From Thermoanaerobaculia bacterium (GTDB lineage: Bacteria; Acidobacteriota; Thermoanaerobaculia; Gp7-AA8): a stretch of 64,000 nucleotides of DNA. The DNA lies in contig DATDFB010000057.1 in assembly GCA_036522835.1 (NCBI GenBank), positions 3,906 through 67,905 of the forward strand, in the 5' to 3' direction. Under the pieces are notes generated by a model, which had not been told where the DNA came from, did no database searches, and was given only the letters and a program-made list of their open reading frames with translations. Numbering within the stretch: position 1 is the stretch's first letter; every line of letters starts with the position of its first letter. The position numbers and the translations under genes were made by a program. This document shows positions 53,985-63,170 of this stretch, in pieces.

Positions 53985-56016
53985 CATCCCTGTTGGCAAC
54001 GGCTCGTTGCTCGTTGCCTTCGATGCCAAGTACCGCCTCGCCGACATCTACTTCCCCCATGTCGGCCACGAGAACCACAGCGGCGCGCGCTTCCGCTTCG
54101 GCATCTTCGCCGACGGCGTTTGCAGTTGGATCGAGGACGACCGCTGGCAGCGCACGCTCGGGTACCTGCGCGACACGATCGTCAGCGACGTGGTGGCCGA
54201 GAACGCCGAGCTGGGCCTGCGCCTGCGCTGCCACGACGCCGTCGATGCCGACGCCAACGTCTACGTCCGCAAAATCGTGGTGCGCAACACGCGCGACGAC
54301 GCCCGCACGGTGAAGTTCTTCTTCCACCACGACTTCAACCTCTACGGCAACCCGAACGGCGACACGGCCATGTTCGATCCCGACTCGGCGAGCGTCATCC
54401 ACTACAAGATGAAGCGCTACTTCCTCGTCAGCGCCGGCACGGATGCGCGCAGCGGCATCGACGAGTACGCATGCGGGCGGAGCGGCATCGGCGGCGAGGA
54501 GGGGACGTGGCGCGACGCCGAGGATGGCGCGCTGTCGATGAATGCCATTCAGCAGGGGTCGGTCGACTCGACGATCGCCATCAGCGTCGACATCGAAGCG
54601 CACGGCAGCGCCACCGTCTACTACTGGATCTGCGCCGGCGCGCGCTACGGCGAAGTGCGCGAGCTCGACCGCTACGTGCGCGAGGAGACGCCGGCGCGCA
54701 TCATCGCCCGCACCGCGTCGCTTTGGTACACGTGGGTCAACAAGAACGGCGAGGATCTCTCCGACCTGCCCGAGGAGATCGGCGATCTCTACCGGCGCTC
54801 GCTCCTGGTCGTGCAGACGCAGTGCGACCACGAGGGCGGCATCACCGCCGCGAACGACTCCGACATCGAGTGGAGCCACAACGATCACTACTCGTACGTC
54901 TGGCCGCGCGACGGCGCCTTCGTCGCCGACGCCATGGACCGCGCCGGCTTCCACGCCCTGGCGCGGCGCTTCCTACAGTTCGCGCACGACTCGATCTCCA
55001 GCGAAGGCTACTTCCTGCACAAGTACGCGCCCGACGGCTCGGTGGCGTCGGCGTGGAACCCGTGGGTACGCCGCGGCAAGAAACAACTCCCCATTCAGGA
55101 AGACGAGACCGCGCTGATCCTCTGGCTCGTGGCGCGGCACTACGAGCGGACGCGCGACCTCGAGTTCGTCCGGGCCGTCTACCGGCGCCTGGTCGTGCAG
55201 CCGGCGGAGTTCATGATCGACTTCCGCGATCCGCTCACGCATCTGCCGCAGCCGTCGTTCGACATCTGGGAGGAGCGGCAGGGCGTCTTCACCTTCACCT
55301 GCGCCGCGGTCTCCGCGGGGTTGCGCGCCGCCTCGGAGCTCGCCAACCTGTTCAACGAGCAGGAGCGGCGCAACCGCTACGCGCGCGCGGCGGCCGAGGT
55401 GCGCGATGCCATCGTGCGGCATCTGTGGCTCGAACAGGAGGGGCGCTTCGCGCGCGGCCTGGCGCTGCGCGACGACGACACGCTCGAGCTCGACGCCACG
55501 ATCGACGCCTCGGCGTTCGGTACGTTCTACCTCGACGTCTTTCCGGCGGAGAGCGCCATGGTGGAGGGCACGATGCGCGCCGTGCGCGAGGCGCTGTGGA
55601 TCTCGACGGAGACCGGCGGCGTGGCCCGTTACGAGCGCGACCGCTACCAGCGCACGAGCAACGATGACGAGAGCATCGCCGGGAACCCGTGGCTGATCTG
55701 CACGCTCTGGCTGGCCGAGCACGCCGTGGCGCGGGCGACGTCCGTGGCGGAGCTGCAATCGGCGCTCGACCTGGTGCGCTGGGCGCGCTCGAAGGCGCGG
55801 CCGTCGCTGGTGTTGCCCGAGCAGATCGATCCGTCGACGGGCGCGCCGCTCTCCGTCGCGCCGTTCACGTGGAGTCACGCGCAGGTGATCTCGGTCGTGC
55901 GCGGCTACCTCGACGCGCTTCGTTTTCTGCGCCGCGAATCGCGCGACAACGCCGCGCGCGGCGAGGAAAAAATCGCGCGCGATCATCCCGTTGACAAACC
56001 GAAATGGTTTCCATAG
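53974..56016 (+). CDS. glycoside hydrolase family 15 protein (glucoamylase/trehalase-like)
   Basis: 680 aa; N-terminal beta-sandwich + (alpha/alpha)6 domain with YVWPRDGAF motif. Confidence 0.82.
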   Translation: MPRDIPVGNGSLLVAFDAKYRLADIYFPHVGHENHSGARFRFGIFADGVCSWIEDDRWQRTLGYLRDTIVSDVVAENAELGLRLRCHDAVDADANVYVRKIVVRNTRDDARTVKFFFHHDFNLYGNPNGDTAMFDPDSASVIHYKMKRYFLVSAGTDARSGIDEYACGRSGIGGEEGTWRDAEDGALSMNAIQQGSVDSTIAISVDIEAHGSATVYYWICAGARYGEVRELDRYVREETPARIIARTASLWYTWVNKNGEDLSDLPEEIGDLYRRSLLVVQTQCDHEGGITAANDSDIEWSHNDHYSYVWPRDGAFVADAMDRAGFHALARRFLQFAHDSISSEGYFLHKYAPDGSVASAWNPWVRRGKKQLPIQEDETALILWLVARHYERTRDLEFVRAVYRRLVVQPAEFMIDFRDPLTHLPQPSFDIWEERQGVFTFTCAAVSAGLRAASELANLFNEQERRNRYARAAAEVRDAIVRHLWLEQEGRFARGLALRDDDTLELDATIDASAFGTFYLDVFPAESAMVEGTMRAVREALWISTETGGVARYERDRYQRTSNDDESIAGNPWLICTLWLAEHAVARATSVAELQSALDLVRWARSKARPSLVLPEQIDPSTGAPLSVAPFTWSHAQVISVVRGYLDALRFLRRESRDNAARGEEKIARDHPVDKPKWFP

Positions 56017-56067
56017 ATTGTCGAAACCGGCTTAAAACAAGGGGTTTCGCACAGGAGGAAGGCGTAT

Positions 56068-56373
56068 ATGGCAGGAAAAGGTGACGTCATCAACGAGATC
56101 GCCGACCAGGCTGGGATCTCGAAGAAGGAAGCGGCCGCAGCGTTCGACGCATTCGTCAGCTACATCTCCGGCTCGTGCCAGCGAGGCGAGCGCTGCTCGA
56201 TCCCAGGGCTCGGCAGCTTCTCCGTCTCGCAGCGCAAGGCGCGCGAGGGCCGCAACCCCCGCACGAACGAAAAGATCACCATCCCGGCATCGAAGAACGT
56301 CCGCTTCAAGGCCGGCAAGGACCTCAAGGACGCCGTAAACGTTTCCGGTAAGCGGGGGTCGAAGAAGAAGTAG
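56068..56373 (+). CDS. HU family nucleoid-associated DNA-binding protein
   Basis: GLGSFSVSQRKAREGRNPRTNEKITIPASKNVRFKAGKDLK + Lys-rich tail. Confidence 0.85.
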   Translation: MAGKGDVINEIADQAGISKKEAAAAFDAFVSYISGSCQRGERCSIPGLGSFSVSQRKAREGRNPRTNEKITIPASKNVRFKAGKDLKDAVNVSGKRGSKKK

Positions 56374-56404
56374 CCCGTCACCTGCCAGAAGCCTGCGATG
56401 AACG

Positions 56405-56431
56405 AGCGCTCCGGGAAGCCGGAGCGTTTTT
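56405..56431 (+). terminator. rho-independent terminator after HU gene
   Basis: gagcgctccgg-gaag-ccggagcg followed by TTTTT. Confidence 0.6.
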
Positions 56432-56435
56432 CGTT

Positions 56436-56715
56436 TAAGTTGTTAGGTTCGCAGGTTGTTACGTTCTTCACCGATCGAAGAGCGCACGCTTCCGATCGAA
56501 GAACGAACGCTTCAATCGGAATCGTGCGCTCTTCGATTTTAATCGTACGCTCTTCGATCTTTATCGCGCGCTCTTCGATCTTTATCGCGCGCTCTTCGAT
56601 CGGAATCGCGCGCTCTTCGATCGGAATGGCGCACTCTTCGATCGGAATCGTGCGTTCTTCGGTTGCAAGCGTGCGTTCTTCGAAAACAACCTAAGAACTC
56701 AACAACTTAACAACC
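56436..56715. repeat. composite element: ~30-bp terminal inverted repeats flanking two inverted + eight direct 21-bp repeats (CGCGCTCTTCGATCNNAATCG)
   Basis: Direct units at 56525, 56546, 56567, 56588, 56609, 56630, 56651, 56672; inverted units at 56471 and 56489; every unit has TTCGATC. TIRs ttaagttgttaggttcgcaggttgtt / aacaacctaagaactcaacaacttaa. Confidence 0.8.
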
Positions 56716-56723
56716 GGATCACC

Positions 56724-57749
56724 TCAAACCCACGCCCGCGGTACGAACAACGTCTCATACAACTTGATCGCGTACCGATCCGTCATCCCGGCCACGAAGT
56801 CGATGGCCAGCCGCTCGGTCGTCTCTTCGCTGTTCACCGGCAGGTACTCCTCGGGGTGGGCGACGACGTACTCGAAGAGCGCGGTGACGATGCGCTTCGC
56901 TTTTTCCAATTCGTCGCGCACGGCGGGGATGAGGTACATGTGCTCGAACATGTAGCGGCGTAGCTCTTCGAGCGCCTCCAGCACCTCGGCCGACATGCGG
57001 ATCGCCTCGTAGCCGCAGGCGAGCGTCTGGGCGACGACGTCGCGCACCATGCGGTCGATGCGCTGGCTGCCGGTGGGGCCGAGCGTGTCGCGGATCGCCT
57101 TCGGGATGTCGTCCTCGGTCAAGAGGCCGGCGCGGATGCCGTCGTCGATGTCGTGGTTCACGTAGGCGACGATGTCGGAGATGCGCACGATGTCGCCCTC
57201 GAGCGTGAGCGCCCGGGAGCGCGGCCGCGAGCGCAGCAACTCTCCCTTCTCGCCCTTCGAATGTTTGAGGATGCCGTCGCGCACTTCGATCGTGAGGTTG
57301 AGGCCGCGGCCGTCGTTCTCCAGCACCTCCACGACGCGCACCGACTGCCGGTAGTGATCGAAGCCGCCGCGCACGAGCTTATTGAGCGCCGCCTCGCCGG
57401 CGTGCCCGAACGCGGAGTGCCCGAGGTCGTGGCCGAGACCGATGGCCTCGGTGAGCACTTCGTTGAGGCGCAGCGACTTCGCGATCGTGCGCGCGATCTG
57501 CGTCACCTCCAGCACGTGCGTCAGGCGCGTGCGGTAGTGGTCGCCCTCGGGTGCGAGGAACACCTGCGTCTTGTGCTTGAGGCGCCGGAAGGCCTTGCAG
57601 TGAATGATGCGGTCGCGGTCGCGCTGGTAGGAGGGGCGGAGGTCGTCCTCCGGCTCGGCGCGGTCGCGGCCGCGCGTGCCGGCGCTCTTCGCGGCGCGCG
57701 GGTGAAACGTCTCGGCTTCGATTTGCTCGAGGGTCTCGCGGATCGTCAC
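56724..57749 (-). CDS. dgt: dGTP triphosphohydrolase-like HD-domain protein
   Basis: HCKAFRRLKHKTQVF...HVLEVTQIARTIA...LGHDLGHSAFGHAGE. Confidence 0.85.
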   Translation of the reverse strand: MTIRETLEQIEAETFHPRAAKSAGTRGRDRAEPEDDLRPSYQRDRDRIIHCKAFRRLKHKTQVFLAPEGDHYRTRLTHVLEVTQIARTIAKSLRLNEVLTEAIGLGHDLGHSAFGHAGEAALNKLVRGGFDHYRQSVRVVEVLENDGRGLNLTIEVRDGILKHSKGEKGELLRSRPRSRALTLEGDIVRISDIVAYVNHDIDDGIRAGLLTEDDIPKAIRDTLGPTGSQRIDRMVRDVVAQTLACGYEAIRMSAEVLEALEELRRYMFEHMYLIPAVRDELEKAKRIVTALFEYVVAHPEEYLPVNSEETTERLAIDFVAGMTDRYAIKLYETLFVPRAWV

Positions 57750-57762
57750 CGCGGCAATCGTA

Positions 57763-59337
57763 TCAGTGCCGCGCCGCGCGGCGGCGCACGTTCGGCGCCG
57801 GCGGGATCACCAGCAGCGTCACGCTCTTCGCCGGCAGCGTGAGCGAGAGCGCGCCGCCGCTGACGGCGACGTCGGCTAGGCGCGCGACGTGAGTGCCGGA
57901 GGCGAGCTGCCACCGCTGCGCGTTCGCGGCGGCGTTGAAGTTCGACAACTTGACGGCTGCCGCCGTCGTGCCGCTGAGGACTTTCACGATCATCACCGTG
58001 AGCGCGTTGTCGGACGAGCGCTGCGCGGCGAAGACGGCGACATCGTCCGGATTCGGGCCGCCGGCGCCGACCGAGGTGTCGCCGAACGCCGACTTCGCGC
58101 CGTCGTAGTTGCGATAGATCTTGATCGCGTCGTACGCCGGCGAGCCGGCAGCGGGCGTCGTCCAGCGCGCGGCGAGGTCGAGGCCCTCGCGGCCGAAGAT
58201 GCCGAGGACGTCCGCCTGCGCCGTGGCGCCGTTCATGTTCCCCTCGGCGCCCCAGTTGTACTCGGTGATCCCGATCGGCAGTCCCGCCGCCCACTCGCGC
58301 ATGCGCGGAATCAGCCGCACCGTGTCGCCGATCCACGACTCATCGACGTACTTCGGGTCCCACAGCGAGCGCGTGGAGCGGTTGCGGCGGAGCTGCATGG
58401 CCGTGGAGAGGTCGTCGCTGAGCTCGCCGCTTTGCGGGTAATAGTGCACGGTGACGACGTCGAGCAGCCCGCGCAACTGCGAGACGAGCCACGGCACGGA
58501 CTCCGCGCCGCCGTGCGCCGTGCGGTCGGGAAAGCTCGACCAGTCGTGCGCCGCGGCCCACTGCTGGTCGTAGCCGCTGTAGAAGTACCCGGCCCAGCCC
58601 CACTCCTCGGGGCCGCAGATCAGCGCATTCGGGTCGGTGGCGCGGATGCGCTGGGCGTGATCGCGCATCTTCGCCAGCACTTCGTCCATCGTTGCGCCGG
58701 CCGGGTGCACGTCGCGGTGCGTGGCGTGCCAGATCGACGGCTCGTTGTCGAGCAGGTACCAGCGCACGCCGCCCCACTGCGTGACGAGATGTTGCACCCA
58801 GGCCTGCTGGAAGAGCGCGTCGACCGGCATGTTCGCGTCGTTTGGATCGTTGCCGCCGATCTCGCTGCCGTTCGCGCGCACGCCGTTGCCGGCGTCAGGC
58901 ATGTATGGGTCGGTGGACTGCTGCGCGCCGTACTTCGCCACGGAGAAGCTCGCCAGCTTGGCGCGGTTCGGACCGAGCTTCGCCGTCCAGCCGATCATGG
59001 GGATGGTGATCATCGGCTGCGCGCCGGCCGACTTCGTGTCGCGGATGAACGCGTCGGCGCTCTCGCCGGCGAGCGCGCTGGTCTCGCCGATCGACTCGTA
59101 GAACCAGTCGGCGGCGCGGTTGGCGGCGTTGAGCTGCCAGTTGTAGCGCGTCGCGGCGTTGCCGCCGGAGCGGTTCAGCGGGACGTTGAGGTCGGCCAGT
59201 TGCGCCGCCGTGGCGAAGGCGACCCCGTAGACGTTCGGATTGATCGGATGGCGATTCGCGGCCGCGTCGACGTTGATGGCGATCTGCGCGAAAAGCGCCG
59301 GCGCGAAGAAGAGCGCGGCGAGCACACTCCAGCCCAA
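57763..59337 (-). CDS. secreted glycoside hydrolase, GH44-like
   Basis: Signal peptide; NRSGGNAATRYNWQLNAANRAADWFYES and LLDNEPSIWHATHRDVHP resemble GH44 catalytic TIM barrel; C-terminal beta domain. Confidence 0.55.
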   Translation of the reverse strand: MGWSVLAALFFAPALFAQIAINVDAAANRHPINPNVYGVAFATAAQLADLNVPLNRSGGNAATRYNWQLNAANRAADWFYESIGETSALAGESADAFIRDTKSAGAQPMITIPMIGWTAKLGPNRAKLASFSVAKYGAQQSTDPYMPDAGNGVRANGSEIGGNDPNDANMPVDALFQQAWVQHLVTQWGGVRWYLLDNEPSIWHATHRDVHPAGATMDEVLAKMRDHAQRIRATDPNALICGPEEWGWAGYFYSGYDQQWAAAHDWSSFPDRTAHGGAESVPWLVSQLRGLLDVVTVHYYPQSGELSDDLSTAMQLRRNRSTRSLWDPKYVDESWIGDTVRLIPRMREWAAGLPIGITEYNWGAEGNMNGATAQADVLGIFGREGLDLAARWTTPAAGSPAYDAIKIYRNYDGAKSAFGDTSVGAGGPNPDDVAVFAAQRSSDNALTVMIVKVLSGTTAAAVKLSNFNAAANAQRWQLASGTHVARLADVAVSGGALSLTLPAKSVTLLVIPPAPNVRRRAARH

Positions 59338-59423
59338 GTACGCCGGCCAGTGCGTGTGAGCGTTCGCGCCGTGAAGGATTGGGGCAATCTAGGCTTCCGT
59401 CGCTGGAGAAGAGGTGAGCCAGC

Positions 59424-59855
59424 TCACAAACGGAGCTCCAGGAAGCGCGAGCCCTCGACGGGATTGAAGCGATACGGCGCGATGTCGGTGAAGCCGAGCT
59501 CCTCGTACAGCGCCATGGCCGCGCGCATCTGCGGCAGCGTATCGAGGCGCATCCGCTCGTAGCCGCGGCGCCGCGCCTCGGCGATGACGGCCTCCGCCAG
59601 CGCGCGGCCGAGGCCGCGGCCGCGGGCGGTGGGGCGGACGTAGAGGCGCTTCATCTCGCAGATGCGCTCGTCAATCCGGCGCAGCGCCACACAGCCGCCG
59701 GCGTCGCCGGCGACGAAGATGCACTCGTAAAACTCGCCGAGATGCGCGAGCTCGTCGTCGAAGTTCTGGAATCCGAGGTCGACGCCGAGCGACGCCGCGT
59801 ACTCGAGGAAGAGCTCGCGGACGACGCCGAGATCGCGCGCGGGAGCGATGGTCAT
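59424..59855 (-). CDS. GNAT family N-acetyltransferase
   Basis: Start refined to [10 protein letters not shown]; [14 protein letters not shown] motif; rest of track ORF is antisense artefact. Confidence 0.75.
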   Translation of the reverse strand: MTIAPARDLGVVRELFLEYAASLGVDLGFQNFDDELAHLGEFYECIFVAGDAGGCVALRRIDERICEMKRLYVRPTARGRGLGRALAEAVIAEARRRGYERMRLDTLPQMRAAMALYEELGFTDIAPYRFNPVEGSRFLELRL

Positions 59856-59864
59856 TCGCCGATA

Positions 59865-60854
59865 ATGCGCAGCGCTTCGATGCGACGCAAGCTGATGGAG
59901 ATCCTCGCGGAGCCCGGCACGGGCGCGCCGCTGCGGCTGGAGGTGACGCGCGGCTCCGGCGACGTCGTCGAGGAAGGCGCGCTCGTCTCCGAGACGAAGC
60001 GCTATCCGATCGCCGGCGGCATTCCGCGCTTCGTCGAGCCCGACAACTACGCGGCGTCGTTCGGCCAGCAGTGGAACGCCTTCCGCGAAGTGCAGCTCGA
60101 CTCGGCGAACGGCGCGTCGTATTCGCGGCGGCGCTTCGACGCCGAGGTTGGGTGGGCGGAGGATGAGCTGCGCGGGAAGTGGCTGCTCGACGCCGGCTGC
60201 GGCGCCGGACGCTTCGCCGAGGTGAGCGCGGCGCGCGGGGCGAACCTCGTCGCGCTCGATCTCTCCTCGGCCGTCGATGCCGCGGCCAAAACGCTCGCGC
60301 GCTTTCCGAACGCCGACGTCGTGCAGGGGAGCATCCTCGATCCGCCGTTCCGCCGCGGCGCGTTCGACTTCTGCTATTGCATCGGCGTCATCCAGCACAC
60401 CCCCGACCCGCCGCGGGCCATCCGCACGCTCGCCGGCGCCGTGCGCCCCGGCGGAAAGTTCGCGTTCACGATGTACGGGCGGCGCTGGTACACGAAGCTC
60501 TATGCGAAGTACCTGGTGCGCCCGCTGACGAAGCGGATGCGGCCGGCCACGCTGCTGGCGGCGATCGAGACGACGATGCCGTTCTTCTTCCCGCTGACCG
60601 ACGCCTTGTTCCGCGCGCCGCTCATCGGAAAGCTCGCCGGCTTCACCATTCCGATCGCGAACGATCCGTCGATGACGGAGCTCACGCGCGAGCAGCGCTA
60701 CCGCCTGGCCATCCTCGACACCTTCGACATGCTCGCGCCGCAGCACGACCACCCGATGACGTGGCAGGAGATGGAGCGCGAGCTGCGCGCGGCGGGAGCG
60801 GCGCGGTGGGAGTTCAGGAGCCGGGTGCCGGTGGTCGTGTCAGGAGTCCGCTAG
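59865..60854 (+). CDS. class I SAM-dependent methyltransferase with N-terminal Trm112-like zinc-ribbon-derived domain
   Basis: [14 protein letters not shown]...[14 protein letters not shown]; [11 protein letters not shown] motif I. Start 59865 or 59880. Confidence 0.7.
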   Translation: MRSASMRRKLMEILAEPGTGAPLRLEVTRGSGDVVEEGALVSETKRYPIAGGIPRFVEPDNYAASFGQQWNAFREVQLDSANGASYSRRRFDAEVGWAEDELRGKWLLDAGCGAGRFAEVSAARGANLVALDLSSAVDAAAKTLARFPNADVVQGSILDPPFRRGAFDFCYCIGVIQHTPDPPRAIRTLAGAVRPGGKFAFTMYGRRWYTKLYAKYLVRPLTKRMRPATLLAAIETTMPFFFPLTDALFRAPLIGKLAGFTIPIANDPSMTELTREQRYRLAILDTFDMLAPQHDHPMTWQEMERELRAAGAARWEFRSRVPVVVSGVR

Positions 60855-61631
60855 CTCGCCCCGCAGCGTCGTCACCGCCTGGCCGCCGAGCTTGACCCGG
60901 TCGCCGGCGAGCCGCACGCGCAGCTCGCCGCCGCGCCGGGAAACCTGCAGCGCGCGCATTTCCGTCTTGCCGAGACGCGCGGACCAGAACGGCGCGAGGC
61001 AGCAGTGCGCGCTGCCGGTGACCGGATCCTCGGGGACGCCGGCGGCTGGGGCGAAGAAGCGCGAGACGAAGTCGGCGCCGTCCGTCGACGCCTTGCTCGT
61101 CACCATCACGCCGCGCGCCTGGATCTGCGCCAGCCGCGCGAAGTCGGGCTGCAGGGCACGCACCTCGTCCTCGGAATCGACTTCGACGAGGTAGTCGAGC
61201 TCGTTGCGGCCGACGTAGGCCGCGCGTTGCACGCCGAGCGACGGCAGCAGGCCATCCGGCGGCGCGGTCTCTCGTTCCCTCAACGCGGGGAAGTCGAGCT
61301 CGATCCACTCCCCGTCGCGCGATGCCGTCAACGCGCCGCTCAGCGTGTAGAAGCGCGCAACGTCGTTCGCGCCGAGCCGCCCCTCCTCCCACAGCGCGTG
61401 CGCGCTGCCGAGCGTGGCGTGGCCGCAGAGCTTCACCTCGACCGAGGGGGTGAACCAGCGCAGCGACCAGCCGTCGCCGCGCGGGAGGAGGAACGCCGTC
61501 TCGGAGAGATTCATCTCCGCGGCGACGTTCCTCATCCACTCATCGCCGCGCTCGCGGTCGAGAAAGCAGACCGCCGCGGGGTTGCCGCGGAACGGCTCGG
61601 ACGTGAACGCGTCGACCTGGATCAGGCGCAT
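60840..61631 (-). CDS. PhzF family phenazine-biosynthesis-like isomerase
   Basis: 263 aa; FTSEPFRGNPAAV ... DPVTGSAHCCLAPFW. Confidence 0.82.
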   Translation of the reverse strand: MRLIQVDAFTSEPFRGNPAAVCFLDRERGDEWMRNVAAEMNLSETAFLLPRGDGWSLRWFTPSVEVKLCGHATLGSAHALWEEGRLGANDVARFYTLSGALTASRDGEWIELDFPALRERETAPPDGLLPSLGVQRAAYVGRNELDYLVEVDSEDEVRALQPDFARLAQIQARGVMVTSKASTDGADFVSRFFAPAAGVPEDPVTGSAHCCLAPFWSARLGKTEMRALQVSRRGGELRVRLAGDRVKLGGQAVTTLRGELADS

Positions 61632-62420
61632 CTAGAACCCCGGAACCTTCGCCGCTTTCTTGTACAGCAGCCAGACCACGAAAAAGCCGAGAACGATCAC
61701 GCCGGCGGCGTATGCGTCGCGCGCGGCATTGCTGAACATCGGGAAGTAGTGGTTGCTGAGCATGAACAGCACCAGCGGCACCGACATGTACGTGTTGTGC
61801 CGCGAGCGCAGCCCGGCGATCTTCACCTCGGCCGAGTCGGCCGGCAGCGGCGTCCCCGCCTTCGTCGCGGCGATGATCTTTTTCTGGTACGGCCAGATCA
61901 GCATCCAGACATTGAGCGCCATCGTCGTGCCGAAGGTCATGCCGCCGTGGATGTAGAGCGCGCGGCCGCCGTAATGGCCGACGCACTCCAGGAGAGCCCA
62001 AACGCCGGCATAGAGCACCAGACAGATCGCCGCGCCGACGACCTTGTTCGGAAGCGCCTTCATGATCGCGTTGTAGACCACGAAGCCGACGGCGAGCGTG
62101 ACCAGGTAGATGGCCAGCCAGAGCCAGGGGTTGTTGTCGGCGTGGTTGTCGTCGAAGAGCTGCTTCCGTTCGGAGTAGTAGACAAGTCCAGCCAGGACGA
62201 AGCCGGTGATCCAGGTCCAGGCCGCGCCCCAGCGGAACCAGAACAGCGCGCGCGGCATTAGCTCGGGGTTGACGGCGCGCTTGGTCGGGCCGTCGATCTT
62301 GCCCTGGAACGGGCCGTTGACCCAGTTGAAGAACCAGAGATGGCCGATCCAGGCGATGGCGGCGATCACGTGAGCCCAGCGAAAGAAGAGGTTGAGTAGC
62401 GTGTTCAGCGGTTCATTCAT
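61632..62420 (-). CDS. hypothetical integral membrane protein
   Basis: 262 aa, ~6 TM, His/Trp-rich first helix (WIGHLWFFNW); family not recognised. Confidence 0.45.
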   Translation of the reverse strand: MNEPLNTLLNLFFRWAHVIAAIAWIGHLWFFNWVNGPFQGKIDGPTKRAVNPELMPRALFWFRWGAAWTWITGFVLAGLVYYSERKQLFDDNHADNNPWLWLAIYLVTLAVGFVVYNAIMKALPNKVVGAAICLVLYAGVWALLECVGHYGGRALYIHGGMTFGTTMALNVWMLIWPYQKKIIAATKAGTPLPADSAEVKIAGLRSRHNTYMSVPLVLFMLSNHYFPMFSNAARDAYAAGVIVLGFFVVWLLYKKAAKVPGF

Positions 62421-62468
62421 GCGCCCTCCTCAAAGATCTGTCGTTTGGAGTAGCCTGCCGCCGATTAT

Positions 62469-63158
62469 ATGGAATTCCAAGAACGCATCGCCGTCATCAC
62501 CGGCGCGTCGAGCGGCATCGGCGCCAGTTGCGCGCGGAAACTCGCCGAGCGCGGCGCCCGCGTCGTCCTCTTCGCCCGCTCGCTCGACAAGCTGCGCGAG
62601 ATCGCCGCGCGGCACGAAGACCGCATGCTCGCCGTCTCCGGCGACGTGGCCGAGGAAGCCGACATCGAGCGTCTCTTCGCGGAGACGGAGTCGCGCTTCG
62701 GCGCGTGCGACCTCCTGATCAACAACGCCGGCATGATCGATCCGAAGCCGATGGAAGCGACGAGCGCGGACGACTGGGACCGCATGTTCGCGGTGAACGT
62801 CCGCGGCGCGTTCCTCTGCGCGCGGCGCGCGCTGCGGGCGATGCCGGGCGGCGCGGCGATCGTCAACGTCGCCTCGATCTCCGGCGTGGCCGGCCCGGAG
62901 AAGTTCCCCGGCTGGATCTCCTACTGCGCGAGCAAGGGGGCGGTGATCTCCATGACCGAGGCGATGGCGGTGGAGCTGAAGGGGCGTGGCGTGCGCGTGA
63001 ACTGCGTGAGCCCCGGCTCGGTCGACACGAAGATGTGGGCGGAGGCGAGCGGAGGCGCGCCCGCGGACATGACGCCGGACGAGGTCGCGGAAACGATTCT
63101 CTTTCTGGCCTCGGAGCGCTCGCGGCCGATGAACGGACAGAACGTCAATGTGTGGTGA
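62469..63158 (+). CDS. SDR family oxidoreductase
   Basis: ITGASSGIG, NNAG, YxxxK (YCASK). Confidence 0.9.
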   Translation: MEFQERIAVITGASSGIGASCARKLAERGARVVLFARSLDKLREIAARHEDRMLAVSGDVAEEADIERLFAETESRFGACDLLINNAGMIDPKPMEATSADDWDRMFAVNVRGAFLCARRALRAMPGGAAIVNVASISGVAGPEKFPGWISYCASKGAVISMTEAMAVELKGRGVRVNCVSPGSVDTKMWAEASGGAPADMTPDEVAETILFLASERSRPMNGQNVNVW

Positions 63159-63170
63159 CGGGCGCAGATC

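Noticed and set aside
56398-56694. 98-aa ORF with heptad-like repeats IVRSSIF/IARSSIG
   Set aside because: It is the translation of the 21-bp tandem DNA repeat array; no start context, lies between convergent gene ends.
56436-56715. CRISPR array or chromosomal origin (oriC)
   Set aside because: Repeats are contiguous with no unique spacers and there are no cas genes, so not CRISPR. No DnaA-box-like TTATCCACA motifs or dnaA/dnaN nearby, so oriC is not supported. Kept as a tandem-repeat finding.
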